A DNA stretch of 61,718 bases, filler included, from Squatina squatina (GCA_031763465.1; 4 parts of 4 records of this genome joined end to end with filler, not necessarily neighbours in it); one strand, 5' to 3'; shown: positions 13,095 to 26,373, counted from the first letter of the whole stretch. The notes: a model not told the origin generated them from the sequence alone. Program-made: numbers and translations.

Positions 13095-15042
13095 TAGTTT
13101 GTAGTTATAATTCTTGTTTCAAATCCAAGCTGTGTCATATAATGTCTGAACCACACCCATTTTATGAAGCTTATTTAATTGGGTGCCAAACCTCTGAAAG
13201 AATCAAATTAAGGAACTAACATCAGCATTGGCTTTGCTGACCAACGTTGAAACTTCTCCTTTGCCAGCCGAAATAGATTGTTGTTGATGTGGAATTTGAA
13301 TAAGTGGATTCTTTGTAGGTAATCCAGCAACCATCTCCTTAAGTGAAGTTTAAATTCCTTACTCTTTTACTCCTTTGAGGTCAATGATTTATCACTCTGA
13401 CTGATGCCAAACAACATGCAAAAGTTCACATAAGCTGTGTTTTATAATTTTCTTAGAGGTAGCGAGAAAAGTTAACGTAGTGTGTAATTGTCAGTCAGGC
13501 TCTGGGGAAGGTTTGGACTTTTAACACCTTCTGCCCTGCTGTCAAACATGGGATGCAGATTAAGAATAATTAGAGTTGAAAGAACAATTTAGCTACTGTG
13601 TGGATGAGTGCGTTAAATCAATGCTGAGCTGGTTCCATGCTTGTGAGCTGGATCACATTCCTATCTCCACAGGGGGGCACTATCGTGAGAGTAACTGTAG
13701 CTCCAATGGAAAATCCCTGAGGAGCCATAGGTCTTCAAACACACTGATCTCATGATGTGACTGCACAATCTCACTGTCTAAGTCTGCAGCTTCCTCTTTC
13801 TCCAGACGCTGCTAAACTGCTTTTATGTTCTGTGCACAGGTTCACTGGATGTAGCCGACAGAATTGACATTTTAACAAATCTTAAAGAAAGTAAGGCAAT
13901 TGTGACACCTCAGTGTGAAAAAATAACATTGCAGGGAAATTACAATACCAGTGTACCCCTTTTGCTTGGTAGCAATGTTTGAAATGTAAAAGCTCACTTA
14001 AGACCAGCCATTTTGAATCACAAAACACGAGAGCATGAGCTGCAGTGTGACATCAAGATTCAAATGCAAATTCTGCTGTTCTGAGTTCCTAAACTACCAC
14101 TTTATGTTGGGACTGATCTTGCTATAAATGAAAATAATAACAATTGCTCTGGCTGTTTACATTATCTGTTTGTCTGATTTATTCCTCCCACCTGAAGGTA
14201 AGAATCACAGATGCAATAAGTAGCTTTTTTACAAAAATCTGTTTACAGCTCTATACTGAACTGATGGTTCCTCTGTTTAGTGCAATAATGAGGTGGCACT
14301 GCAGAGAGGAAGCTTTCAGTAATAGAATGGATTAAACTGCTTTTTTTCAGACTGACACTTGAATTCATGCTTTCATTTTTGTTCAGGTTTTTTGAATTAT
14401 TGCAATGCAGAAAAGGATATTTTGTCAGCAAAGACTTTAGTAACATAGGCAATTTAGCAGCTCAATTTGTGTTTTCATTTAAAACTGACAAAGGTTAAAT
14501 TTCACAGTAGTTAGTTTCCAGACTATAAAATATTTGGTGCCACATATATCTACCATTTTAGATAATCTCCTGACGAGGTAATTGCGAATCCTAACGTAGA
14601 TTTATTAAACCATCCATAAATGTTAATTAAGTTTGGAAAAGGGCACTGTATTCTTTTCAGGTATAATATTTTTACACAGTGCACTTTTGCTAAGTTTTAA
14701 AAGATAACTTATCTGAATAATAACTTTTTGTTTTCAGCAGCAGACTCCACTTTAAATGAAATGACTGGAAAGTGTGTTGATGATTCAGTCTGCATAGTGT
14801 GAATGACTCCAGTGCTATGATGAATGAAATTTAATGCTTTCAGTTAGATTAACTGTTCAGAAATATCTAAATGAACATAATTAAAATTAATACCAATCAT
14901 TCTGTGTATCACAATAAACAACAAATTTGTAAATCAGTATATACTAAAATGTGTTGACAGATTTTCTTTTTGATTTTTGTTCATCACTATGAGGTATGCC
15001 AGTATTGGGAAACAAAATGTTTTCCTATTTTTGAACAGTGTC

Positions 15043-15142
15043 NNNNNNNNNNNNNNNNNNNNNNNNNNNNNNNNNNNNNNNNNNNNTTAATTAATTAANN
15101 NNNNNNNNNNNNNNNNNNNNNNNNNNNNNNNNNNNNNNNNNN
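15043..15142. other. Artificial scaffold spacer (N44-TTAATTAATTAA-N44)
   Basis: A 12-mer giving stops in all six frames, centred in a 100-nt N block (15087-15098). Confidence 0.95.
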
Positions 15143-16051
15143 CCACAAAGAGTCCCATACCCAGCTCCAAAGGATGCGTATTAATGATCCTCCTTTAAGT
15201 ATGTGTATCCATATCTTAATACCTTATTTAAATGGACAAGTATTGTAATAAAAAGACTGTAAGCACTCCAGTTTACATTGTGTGTCACAAGTCGCTGAAT
15301 CATTTCAGAACAGGTTAGGCAAAATCTAAAATATTAACTGTGGTACCCAAGTAGGCTGTGATAAGACAAAAGGATGTAGAAAGGAAACAAATAGCTCACT
15401 CCAGTCAAACTGTATAGTTTTACCTCTGTCCCAGCCTGAAACGAGTCCTCCCTCACAAATGCACATCTCAAGTGAATTGAGCCATTTATTCCCATTGCCC
15501 TCTAAATGCAAATGGTTACTGGCCCTATTCAAACTTTACAAAATACAAACTCAGCACTGATGCAGTTTGGAACATTATTTCCTCTAACAATTGGTTATTA
15601 ATATTTTGTGACAGTACAGCTCATTTTTCAGGTTATTTTAAATTGGAATTCTTACTTTTATAAGGACCCTTGATAAAAAAGGATTGAGTATTGCCAGCAC
15701 TCCCACTATTCTGGGGTGCACCTGAGTAAAGCGAGGGGAAAGTCGAGATTTAGCTAGTCTAGGCGCTACACAACTCTGCTGCGATAAAACTCAACCTTTC
15801 GAAGTAAACTTTAATTGTCTCCACTAGCACATGTGTTTGATAATGAAATAAAGCAATCCAATACTTATAGATGCATTTCAACAACATATCACAATTCAAC
15901 TTGATCATCATTACGATACCGCACAAAAATGAACAGCAAAGGCAAACATATACGAGAGAAGTGATCTGTGGTTCCAACTCGTAAATCTGGCAAAGTATCT
16001 GAGACCCTGGAAAACATCCTCCAGGGATAATTGAAGTTGGGACTCTCTTAC

Positions 16052-16178
16052 CTCGACTGTGAGCTGCTTGTAGTAGCTAGACCCAAACATGAGGTTTTCA
16101 AGAGTCAGATTAGATGTATCTGGTTCCAGCTCCTGACCACTTTTACCAAGCCACGACCCCTTGCTTAGTCGAGGGAAA
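16052..16178 (-). CDS. FAM135B: FAM135B coding exon
   Basis: Acceptor tttttctgtcccctag| and donor |gtaag. The 127 nt give FPRLSKGSWLGKSGQELEPDTSNLTLENLMFGSSYYKQLTVE (recalled human FTRPGRGSWLGKGG...SLENLVFGAGY). Phase is compatible with the preceding exon. Confidence 0.85.
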
Positions 16179-16921
16179 CTAGGGGACAGAAAAAATGGGA
16201 GTAAAAATGAAGAATTGATATCGCTTGTTCCATGTTTTGGTCAATGGTGGGGGGAGATGATATTTGTTTATCATCCTTTAGGTGAGGGATGTTGGGTCTG
16301 GGTTTTCTCCCACCACCCCCCCTCTTTTCTTCCCATTTTTTGTGCAGCGAATTTAGTATCAAATATTCCCCAGATCAGGTACAACATCAGGTACATGCTG
16401 AGTAAAGCTTCTTTTACATCACCAACAGTGGGGCATAGCTGGGAGGTGGGGGTGAGTTAAATATGTATGCTAATGCAAACTTAGATCTTGCTTGATTGCC
16501 TTAGGAAGGAATTTCCTAGAGTTTTTTCCTGAAATTAACCCAAACAATTTTTTTTTGCTTCCTCAACCAACACATTTGCTCACAAGGCAAAACCTGACAG
16601 TGGTCAGCACCAAAGCATCCTCTGAATTATATTTGCATACAGAGTACTGTGCATCTGCTTGGTGCACAGGTGAGCTTAGGATCTCACAGTGAAGGTATAA
16701 GTTGCTGTGAACTTATGTTCTGCCTCTTCTCGGCATACCAGTGAATTAAGGTACCTCAACCTCTTCTTTGCAGCAGTTGTGTCTAATGGCATGTTGCTTT
16801 GGAAACAATCACACTTCTACTACTGCGCTAAGAATGGTTTGCAGCACTAAATGACTATACAATTGATTTTCTGGTAAGACATCTCGATAAAACATGTAGA
16901 AAGTAATGCTGGATTCTTTCA

Positions 16922-17104
<183 letters not shown>

Positions 17105-17587
17105 CTGCAGGAAAACAGAAAAAACGGTTTCAGACATAACACTTACTAGGATTCTTTAACATTGGGCAATGGTGAAAAGGCTCATAAAAATTCTGCAATA
17201 TGATACATGTACACTGAGAAATCATTCAAAAAACAGTACATCTTTAATAGAGAAAGCACAACCAATTAATTAAATTAATCAGCAAAGAAATCATAATTAT
17301 TCATGTTAGCGTAAACGGGGAATCGTGGTTACAGAGNNNNNNNNNNNNNNNNNNNNNNNNNNNNNNNNNNNNNNNNNNNNNNNNNNNNNNNNNNNNNNNN
17401 NNNNNNNNNNNNNNNNNNNNNNNNNNNNNNNNNNNNAACAGAGTCTTAGTTTAACACCTCATACAATAGATGGTACTTCTGACAATGCAGCTCTCCCTCA
17501 GTACTGTCATGAAGTGTCAGTCTAGACTTGTGTGGTCAAGTCCTGGGGAGAGGCAAGATGCCATCAACGACTAGCTTCGACACTTAA

Positions 17588-17654
17588 GGGGCCGAAATTC
17601 GATAACGCCCCAGGGGTGCTATCGGGAGATGCAAACGATGCAAATTTCACCCCC
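17588..17654. mobile_element. 67-bp miniature inverted-repeat element
   Basis: Imperfect TIRs GGGGCCGAAATT ... AATTTCACCCCC, with TTAA and TTAG flanks. Confidence 0.45.
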
Positions 17655-17823
17655 TTAGTATTCTGATTGGCTGCTGATGGAGGGAAAATAATAATCCTGA
17701 ACTGCCAATGATGTATTAGCAATAACAAGTAGATGGATGATCCACAATGGAGAATTATCCCATTTACCACCAATGCTTCATCAGAATTCAGTGTTTTTAG
17801 AGAGATGCGAAGATATTACTCAC

Positions 17824-17894
17824 TGCTGTTCAGAGTCAGTGAAATGCAGGTCAAGCTTCAGCTGAAAGTCTACTTCATTCAAAGCCTCTTCCAC
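17824..17894 (-). CDS. FAM135B: FAM135B coding exon
   Basis: Acceptor tttttattttgcag| and donor |gtgagt. The 71 nt give VEEALNEVDFQLKLDLHFTDSEQ(Q); DLHFTDSEQQ is the FAM135B-type ending. It splices in phase to the next exon. Confidence 0.9.
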
Positions 17895-18834
17895 CTGCAA
17901 AATAAAAAGAGGTTGCTCCCCTCAGTGAAAGAAATATAAAATTGCCACAATGGTTCAGTTGGTAATCAAAGTGTGGAATCAAACCACTTAGACCAAAATT
18001 CCCTGCTCAGTATCGAGTCAACTGATCTGCGCTCAGGCAAGTCGTTTTTGAAAATTTTAATAACAGAACATTTTGGCATTTACATCAGGTTGATGATTAT
18101 CTAAAAAAGGGGAAAAGTCAGGTTAACGCTTGGGCGTTTCTTCATCAGAAATCAATTCTGAGGTTTTCTTTCAAAAAAACTGACTGACCGTTATCCCTCC
18201 TGAAGCTACTTTAAATAGTTACATCAGCTTACCCTCCAATCCAATTAATACCTTGCCCACCTCTGGGATACCACAGAGCCTAGAACAGGGACAGATGTGA
18301 TAGTGAGCTAGCTTTATGTTGTAAATATGGAATACATGGCTGGTGAGCATCATTGTCGGTATGTGTTTTAGTTCACAAATTAACCGTGGTGTGTCGAGGA
18401 TTAGATTTCAATGGAACAAACTGGACCCTGTGAAGTTATGTTAAGTTCATACCATTATTTTTTTAAATCTGCATATTTAATTTCCTTTCAGGGGAATTTA
18501 TTTTTCATGAGAAAGACAGAATTACTGCAGGCTTCAAAATGTCAGAAAATGAACCGAACACAGCAACAAAAATAGAGGGTGCGATAAAAATTTTATTACT
18601 GTCCAGTTTATAGGCTTTCCTGTTGCATTGTATTTCTTTCTTTAAAAATCAGTTATTGTTAAGAAGGAGATCACCCTCACAGTGGCTTTGCAAACTGCAT
18701 GCTGATAATTTAGCTGTTTTTTTGGATGTGTCTTAAGAAACAAGAAAGAATCTAATCAACCCAACACTGTTGATTACAACAAGTGTAAGCGTTTGGGAAA
18801 ATAATCACCAAGCATGCCCAAGAGCTTGAAACAA

Positions 18835-19030
18835 TCAAACAGCATCTCTTCTCCCTGAAGCAGACCCTCGGGGTCGAGGATGACATGCTTCCACTCCGGA
18901 GTTGTGGGTTCTGAGATAACTGAACAGTCCTATCCGGGATCCACAAACTCTACCACAGGTAGAGCAGGTGGTATTTGATGGGGCGAGAGGATGGGATGCT
19001 CGGGTTTCCGTGCGCTCCTTCCGCTGCCTG
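18835..19030 (-). mobile_element. RTE-clade LINE 3' end
   Basis: EAKRRQRKER...TCSTCGRVCGSRIGLFSYLRTH, the characteristic RTE C-terminal C2H2-like motif. Confidence 0.75.
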
Positions 19031-19150
19031 CGCTTGGCCTCCACGTGCTCNNNNNNNNNNNNNNNNNNNNNNNNNNNNNNNNNNNNNNNNNNNNNNNNNN
19101 NNNNNNNNNNNNNNNNNNNNNNNNNNNNNNNNNNNNNNNNNNNNNNNNNN

Positions 19151-19300
19151 CAAGTCAAAATCCTGGAACTCCCTCGCTAAAGGCATGATGGGAGTACCTT
19201 CACTACATGGACTGCAGCGGTTCAAGAATCTTCAAGGGCAAACATGGATGGACAATAAATACCAGACTTGCCAGTGACACCTACATCCTGAGAATTAATA
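19151..19300 (+). mobile_element. LINE 3' end (RTE-X-like)
   Basis: Encodes SKSWNSL...VPSLHGLQRFK, and its 3' motif is shared with 4950-5060. Confidence 0.45.
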
Positions 19301-19970
19301 ATAAAAATCCTGCTGAATTTTCCGATGCAGTCACAATGTACAGCATGTCTGCACCACAGTGATCATAAGCTGAAATTGGATTTCCATGAGTACAGTGCTG
19401 TTAATTTAATTAATGTTTGCCTTTCGTGACTCTTGATGGCATTAGCAATTTATGGCTGGATGAGCTCACAGACACGAGGCGTGACCTTCCACAATATCAC
19501 CCGCTTTGTGAAGGTGATTCCTATTCTGTATTTTCATTAATACAGATATTAGCACAGTGACAGCACAGTTGAAGAGGTGCACTTAAATGTACATTAGAAT
19601 TTTATAACAATACTTTAAAATTTCACTAGATGTCTATTCATCGCTCAAATTATGCACGAGTCTGGTTTAGCACCAAATAATTGCTGTTTATTTTCCAGCC
19701 TTTTTACATTATCTCTCTCTGCAGCAAAAGGATGCCATCCCTGCACGTCTGCACCCACTCCAACATTAGTGATGGCCGAATAGTCCCATTGTTGTCAGTT
19801 TCAATTGGTCAGCCGAAAGCAGATAAAATCTTCATAATGGCTGTTCCAAGTCCCACACAATGAATCCAAGNNNNNNNNNNNNNNNNNNNNNNNNNNNNNN
19901 NNNNNNNNNNNNNNNNNNNNNNNNNNNNNNNNNNNNNNNNNNNNNNNNNNNNNNNNNNNNNNNNNNNNNN

Positions 19971-20310
19971 GGGTTAACGCCGCTGGGCCACCAGGGAGCC
20001 GGGTCCACCTTGGCAACGACCAGTAAAACATGTCGTTGCCAACGCCATGGGCCTCGCTGGCGAGCCGCCCTCCAATTCCGGAGTTGGCTCGCCAGCAACG
20101 CAGAGAAGGGTTACGGGCTGGCGTCACGTGATGACGTCGTGCTCCTGATCCCAGCACCAATGGTGTCCCCGGCGATGAGGCCTCAGTGTCGCTGGGGCGC
20201 CAAGCCCAATTGCTGAAAAGCAAAAATTTTTGGTCTACGCTGCTTTCTTGCCCATGTAGTGCCGCTGTTCGGCGCTACCATGGGTCAACAGAAGACCAGT
20301 TGGATCCCCT
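19971..20310. mobile_element. GC-rich TIR-type element fragment
   Basis: CpG-rich block with gatgacgtc and ggcgccaagcccaatt motifs like the other GC-rich copies; ends in ggatcccct-taa. Confidence 0.4.
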
Positions 20311-20339
20311 TAAAACCCATAATTCAAGATCAAAATAGA

Positions 20340-21270
20340 AATGCAAGGGTTAATCCTCAGACAACCAGCATTGATTCATCAAAGGCAAGTTGTGTTTGAC
20401 AACTTTAATTGAGTTTTTTGAGGCAGTGACTGGATAGACTGGAAATGCAGTTGATATATTACATATAGATTTTCAGAAAGTGCTCGATAAGGTGTTTCAC
20501 AAGAGACCTGTTTTATTAACAAAAAAAATTCAGGGATATTGTAAAAGAGAAATGTAGTTGATTGATGGACAGTGTTTAGGGTAAATGTTTGTTGCACAGT
20601 CTGGAGAAGAGTCAGAACAGACAGGTCTTGATCCAATTTTGTTCTTGAAATGTATAGATGTTTTGGAACAGGGAACAAAATCTCAAAACTTGCTGAAGGC
20701 AGAGAATCAAGAGTTTTGGCAAACAGTGAGAAGGAATTCAGCAAGACAGGTGGCAGGTGAATAAGTGTGGGTCAATTCATTTTGGAAGGGGAAAAAAGCC
20801 AAGAAATGTGCGCATATACTTAATGCAAAGGCACTGAACTGTGCAGGAGCAATGAGACCTCTGGGCTCAATTACAGAAATCCTTGAAAGTGTAAGTGCAG
20901 GTAGATGAAGCCTTGAAAAGAATTATGGATTTTGTAAATAGGGGCACGACGTACATGGAAAAAGAAATAATAAATTTACACAAAACCATAGTTTGGCCAC
21001 AATTAGACAGTACTGTAAGCAGTTTTGCGCACCCAATATTTTACAAGGGACATCAAAGCCACAAAGAGTGTCCAGCATAGATACACCAGGATAATGCCAA
21101 GAGTAGGAAGTTAGAGTTTCAGGGAAATGCTTCAGATACTGGGGCTATTTCCATTGCAGCAGAGAAGGCTAACAAGAGATTTGAGTTTTTTTTAAATGAT
21201 GAAGGGTTTTGGTGGAGTGAAGAGGGAAAGACTATTTTCTCTGAAGAAAATATTGAAAATGCTAAGAATG
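20340..21270 (+). mobile_element. CR1-clade LINE ORF2 (RT) fragment, decayed
   Basis: Degenerate DFQKVLDKV and LHKTIVWPQL-type motifs (CR1 DFQKAFDKV, LYKxLVRPHL) with frameshifts. Confidence 0.6.
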
Positions 21271-22589
21271 TCAATCAGTTTCTGAAAGAGAAAAGTTGGG
21301 CTTTTTCATCTTCCAACTAATGAACGTCCTCCTTNNNNNNNNNNNNNNNNNNNNNNNNNNNNNNNNNNNNNNNNNNNNNNNNNNNNNNNNNNNNNNNNNN
21401 NNNNNNNNNNNNNNNNNNNNNNNNNNNNNNNNNNCAGACGACAGTTTTTTGAAGCCCACCTTTCAAAATAGAGATGGAGGCAAAAGACGGTGCTGGTTTT
21501 ATTGAGTCACTATGCAGGAAAGACAGTAAAGAGACATCTTTGCCACTTCTTAAAAACACACGGAGGAAAAGGACAAAAGGATCTATGTGAAGGTCAGTCA
21601 ATCAGGTAGGTCTGGGAAGGGAACCTGCGAAAGGCTGACCAGGAAAAGTTAAATGAGCCAACTTATAGCGTGATGTACATTTAACAAGTCAAGGCGAGAT
21701 TTGATTATAACTGTTATTATGTATATTCACTGATTGTCTACAAAATAAGTCAGTTTAATAATTCGTAGCTGGCCTTGTTTCACGAAAGTCTCTGCTGAAA
21801 AACTGGAGGCGCCTGTAAAAGCAGGTTTGAAATACACAAGACCCAGTTCAGATCACAAGCGATCCTACCATTACACTTGTGGGTTATGCCATTGTATTAT
21901 TTGATAATAAGCAAGACTGAAACCCACAATATGTATTGACATTACATGCTGACAGTATATTCAGCATGTAGGCAGTTTGGTGTGCCTTGCTAATTGCATA
22001 CAACACAAAAACAATCGTAAACAAGGAAATGCAGCATTAAAGGGAGTCTCACCCTCGCTGAAAGAGGTCCACATTGTAAAATTTGTGCAGCTCGACTGAG
22101 AACTCAACAGTTCCTTGTACTTCAGACATGATCTATCCCAGTGCATCACCTGGAAGCAAAGAAACCAAAGAGCAAGTTACATCACAACAAGGAATTGCTT
22201 CACATTGCGAAATGCTGCACTTAAAAAAAACAATGAAGGTATTCCTTGTATCACCCCACTCCATTTCATCACTGTAATGGTATCTGTTGTTTTTCAATTC
22301 TTTCCTCAAAACACACTACACTCTCTTACTAAAGCTATCCAGCTTCTTGTTGCATGTATTGCGAAGAAGCTTGAGCACTGTCGATGTGAAGCCAATATCC
22401 AATACACCAGTTTTTGTTAAGTACCCCAATCCCTTTTCTCTTCCACAGCACCAAGCTTATTTCCATTCAGAGTGTAAGCATTGCTGTTTTTTTTCTAAAA
22501 TGCATCACCGTACACCATCTACCACGCTTTAGCCAATGCCCCCATCAAATCAGTACAGCTCTGCAGCTTCCTTTGAGCAGGGGAGCTCT

Positions 22590-22787
22590 ACCCTGGCCAA
22601 TATTTATCCCTCAACCAACGCCTAAAAACAGATTATCAGGTGATTATCATTCTGCTGTTTGTGGGAGCTTGCTGTGCGCAAATTGGCTGCCACATTTCCT
22701 ACATTACAACAGTGACTACACTTTAAACATACTTCATTGGCTGTAAAGAGCTTTGGAATGTCCTGAGGTTGTGGAAGGAGCTATATA
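22590..22787 (+). mobile_element. Deu-domain SINE (SacSINE1-like), 3' part
   Basis: ctggccaatatttatccctcaaccaac...ttgctgtgcgcaaattggctgcc...ttcattggctgtaaag with an L2-like tail. Homologous copies at 25070-25265 and 35245-35398. Confidence 0.65.
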
Positions 22788-22789
22788 CG

Positions 22790-22976
22790 AGTATGGATTG
22801 AGAATTGGTTAGCAGACCGGAAACCGAGAGTAGGATTAAACAGGTCTTTTTCAAGTTGGCAGGCTGTGACAAGTGGGACAAGGAATCGGTGCTTGGGCCC
22901 CAGCTATTCACACTCTGTATCAGTGATTTGGATGAGGGGGGCAAATGTAATATTTCCAAGTTTGCTGATGACACAC
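22790..22976 (+). mobile_element. CR1 RT core fragment
   Basis: SVLGPQLFTLCISDLDEGGKCNISKFADDT, containing the RT FADD motif. Confidence 0.8.
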
Positions 22977-23743
22977 NNNNNNNNNNNNNNNNNNNNNNNN
23001 NNNNNNNNNNNNNNNNNNNNNNNNNNNNNNNNNNNNNNNNNNNNNNNNNNNNNNNNNNNNNNNNNNNNNNNNNNNNTCCCAGCTCTGTGCTTCTTTAGTG
23101 CCTGATTCTATCCTTTCCCATCATCGCAGCTTTGTACTTGGCTGTTTTCTAGTTCCATCCCGCCAGCTCTCTTCTCAGTCATCCATCTCCTGGATCTATG
23201 CCCCCAAACTCACATGTCAGCAAAACAGTCAAATACTAAAGTTACCAAGACGCAGAGTGCAGAGCCTACAACAAAACTGCTCTCAGCAGAAGTGACTCAT
23301 TTTCACCATTTTATATGCAAGTGGTTTAGATGAATTTTACACTGAGCCACAGGTTATGTGGAATATTGCAGCAATTTTTAAAACAATCCACTGCAATCTT
23401 CAGTTTGCCTCAGTGATCGCAATTAGGGTTCAACAGCAATCCATTTCTCTGAAAGCTCGCAGGCACTGTTCTGTAGCAATGAAAGAGATGCATTGTAATT
23501 ATGCCATCGACAAACTCTGTCAAGCTCTTGAGTATTCACCTTCAAGGTTACAGTAAATCATGGGTATAGCAATGAAAATATTTTTAGGGCAAGTCAGGGG
23601 GTCTAGGTGACTGCTGCAAAATAGCAGTAGCTCTATCAGATTGNNNNNNNNNNNNNNNNNNNNNNNNNNNNNNNNNNNNNNNNNNNNNNNNNNNNNNNNN
23701 NNNNNNNNNNNNNNNNNNNNNNNNNNNNNNNNNNNNNNNNNNN

Positions 23744-23910
23744 TTTAGATATGTGTATATATATAATATACACATGGTTTAATATACAATATGCAGATGA
23801 TTTTAATATGCACACTATTTTATAATGCAATATACAGTTTTATAAGTAATATACACATAGTTCTATATGTAATATACACATGGTTTTATATATAAATAAA
23901 TATATACACA
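23744..23910. repeat. AT-rich low-complexity tandem repeat
   Basis: Degenerate (taatatacaca/tggttt) units. Confidence 0.6.
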
Positions 23911-23930
23911 TCACAATCATTATCTCCTAC

Positions 23931-24200
23931 CTGTTTCCAGAGACCTGCAGTTTCTTTCCTTCCAAAGGGAAGATTTTCGCTTCTTATTTTTCTCTTAGTT
24001 GCTTAACGTTCTTGTTGCCATGGTTATTTTGCACAATTTTAAATAGACCTGTAGAATTTTTCACATGTTTCGCTCCCCCAGAACCAGTGTGTATGTATCT
24101 CTGTGTTCCTGATAGCCTGTCTCTCTCTCTCTCTCTCTCTGGGTGCAGGAGAGTGTTGTGAAGGAAATTTCTTCTGGGCTGCTGCTGACGTCACGTCAGT
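23931..24200 (-). promoter_or_regulatory. Candidate promoter / non-coding first exon of FAM135B
   Basis: Perfect CRE TGACGTCA (24186-24193), X-box-like GTTGCCATGGTTAT (24014-24027), a (CT)n tract, and a minus-strand donor CAG|gtagga at 23931/23930. Lies upstream of the FAM135B exons. Confidence 0.35.
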
Positions 24201-24309
24201 CACAGCAACAACTGAAAACCCAGCAACGAAAGTAATGAGAAAGTGAGGAGAGCGCGGCCAACTGCACCAGCACCCGGAGTTGCAGTCAATTTTTTTTTGC
24301 TGACTGGTT

Positions 24310-24830
24310 GCAAGGTAGGTGGGACGAGAGCTGGTCTCTGGCCAGCATTTCCGCGGCCTGGAGGAGTCAGTTTTTCCACATTCATGTTGAGTGTGTGAGG
24401 TTGCAGCCCCTCTTCCATTATTTGAAGGGGCTGCTCCTCAAGTTCTGGTTGCACTTCAGTCCCACGCTCCTGATCTTTGGGCACCACCACGGTGCGTGTG
24501 TGTGTGTGGGCCAGCCAGAGGCCCTCCTCATGAGCCTGCTCCTGGGCTTGGCCAAGTTGGCCATCAATAGTTCCAGGCAGCGGACAACCGAGAGGGTGGG
24601 GGGTCGTTCGCCCCAACTCCCCAACTCCCCGCCTCTCTTCCGCGGCTACGTTCACGCCCGGGTGTCCCTGGAGATGGTGCACACGGTGTCCGCCAGTGCG
24701 CTTGAGGCCTTCTGCAACCAGTGGGCACCGGGGTCGGGCGGGGGAGGTACTGGAGTGCATCATCACCAGGGATAATAGGGTTTTATTTTGAGCACTGGGT
24801 TTAGTTAAGTTTTACTTTATAGTTTAATTA
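24310..24830 (+). mobile_element. Tx1-clade non-LTR retrotransposon 3' fragment
   Basis: FHIHVECVRLQPLFHYLKGLLLKFWLHFSPTLLIFG...LLLGLAKLAI...LFRGYVHARVSLE matches a Tx1 ORF2 C-terminus (zf-RVT region), followed by a T-rich tail. Confidence 0.75.
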
Positions 24831-25069
24831 GTTAATCACAGGTCAAAAGAGGGGTCTCTGGCCAGCTGCTCACACACCATTGGTCAGAACACAAGTGACG
24901 AGCTGCCAAGCTTGCAGGAGTTGCACCAACACCCAGAACTTTTCTAAATGTTTTAGAACCATTTTCTAAATGGTTTTCATTCACCTGTCAGCATGGAGGG
25001 CAGAACATTGGGAGATAAGAGGGGACAATTATATTTGGCACAGATGTTAAATGCTGCATCAAGGCAAAA

Positions 25070-25265
25070 TGCTGGCTTAATATTTAATCCCCAACCAACA
25101 TCACTAAAACAGATCATCTGACCATTGATCTCATTGCTGTTTGGGCAGTTCGAGACGGCCGCGTTTCCCCACAATAGTGGCTATACTTCAAAAATAGATC
25201 ATTGGCTCAGAAGCACTTTGGAACTGACTGAAATCATGCTGTGTGCTTTATTAGGGCAAGTTCTT
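25070..25265 (+). mobile_element. Deu-domain SINE copy, diverged
   Basis: Homologous to 22590-22787. Confidence 0.55.
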
Positions 25266-25475
25266 TAATTTTCNNNNNNNNNNNNNNNNNNNNNNNNNNN
25301 NNNNNNNNNNNNNNNNNNNNNNNNNNNNNNNNNNNNNNNNNNNNNNNNNNNNNNNNNNNNNNNNNNNNNNNNNTCTGACACAACAATTACACTGAATATG
25401 AATACCATACATCTGTATCTAATTGATAAGTTTACTATACTACCCGCCGGTCTAATCATATTTTCTTTTATCCAG

Positions 25476-25559
25476 CAGTGGAACACAGATTCAACTTCAA
25501 TGGGCTGGATGACAGCACTGTGTGTCCTAATATTAGGATTGGACAAGATGACTTACCAG
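25476..25559 (+). CDS. Collagen alpha-1(IX)-like, NC4 exon (GC donor)
   Basis: NAGNAG acceptor ttttcttttatccag|cag|. Encodes VEHRFNFNGLDDSTVCPNIRIGQDDLP(G); recalled human COL9A1 has LCPKIRIGQDDLPG. Donor is CCAG|gcaagc. Confidence 0.85.
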
Positions 25560-26373
25560 GCAAGCTTTCAGACTTTAAAAGGAGCTTTGCCCAATAATGT
25601 GCTTGATAGCTCTTGTGGCAGAGTACATAACTTGTATCTAAGGATCAACATTTGCATCAATCCAGGCTGACACAGATTCAGAGCAAATGAAATTTGAAGG
25701 GCCTCAAATTCTCTTTGGGATCCTGATTTTTTTTAAATATGAAAATGAACTCCTCATCAGCTAATGCACAGCAGCCAATCCCATTCCACTGCTGCAGTTG
25801 CTAGGGCCTGCAGCAGCCATTTTTCTTTCTCCTCCCCCCGCCCACTCAGTTGGGCTCTCCAACTACAAGTCTCACAATGAGGCTGACCCCTGAAATCCCC
25901 TGGGACGAATGTTGCCGCCAGAGATTACGGGAATCTGGCTGCCGTGGAGGAATGTCCTGGCCACTGTGCTATTTTGAGAGGGTGACCAGATGTCCCGGTT
26001 TTGCCGAGACAGTTCCGGGTTTTCAGGACAAGTCTCATCATTTACAGGTTTTCAATCTTCATGATAAACCTCGACATTTAGGTTTCCTGTGTGAATCAGA
26101 AGGTTTTAAAAAGGCTGCGAATCGTCGGGCTTGGCAGTGAATACTGATTGCTGACAATGCTGTAACAATCATCTCGAATTGTGCTGTTTTCAAGGCTTTC
26201 ATTTATTATGCATAGCAATAATTAATATAATGGTCACTCCTTTGGTGTGATGCCAAACATTCCTTATATATGTTCTGCAACCCATTTAGTAAAATGGGCA
26301 GAGTGGCATTGGAGATGCTCCATTTCATGACTGAAAACCCATCTGATACTCTTTTGCTTCCCTGTGCTCTCAG

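Noticed and set aside
15087-15098. TTAATTAATTAA repeated three times at about 14-16 kb spacing, as a biological repeat, PacI site or piggyBac footprint
   Set aside because: Always centred in a 100-nt N block, so it is a synthetic linker.
24200-24766. 188-aa minus-strand ORF
   Set aside because: Antisense shadow of the GC-rich Tx1 fragment.
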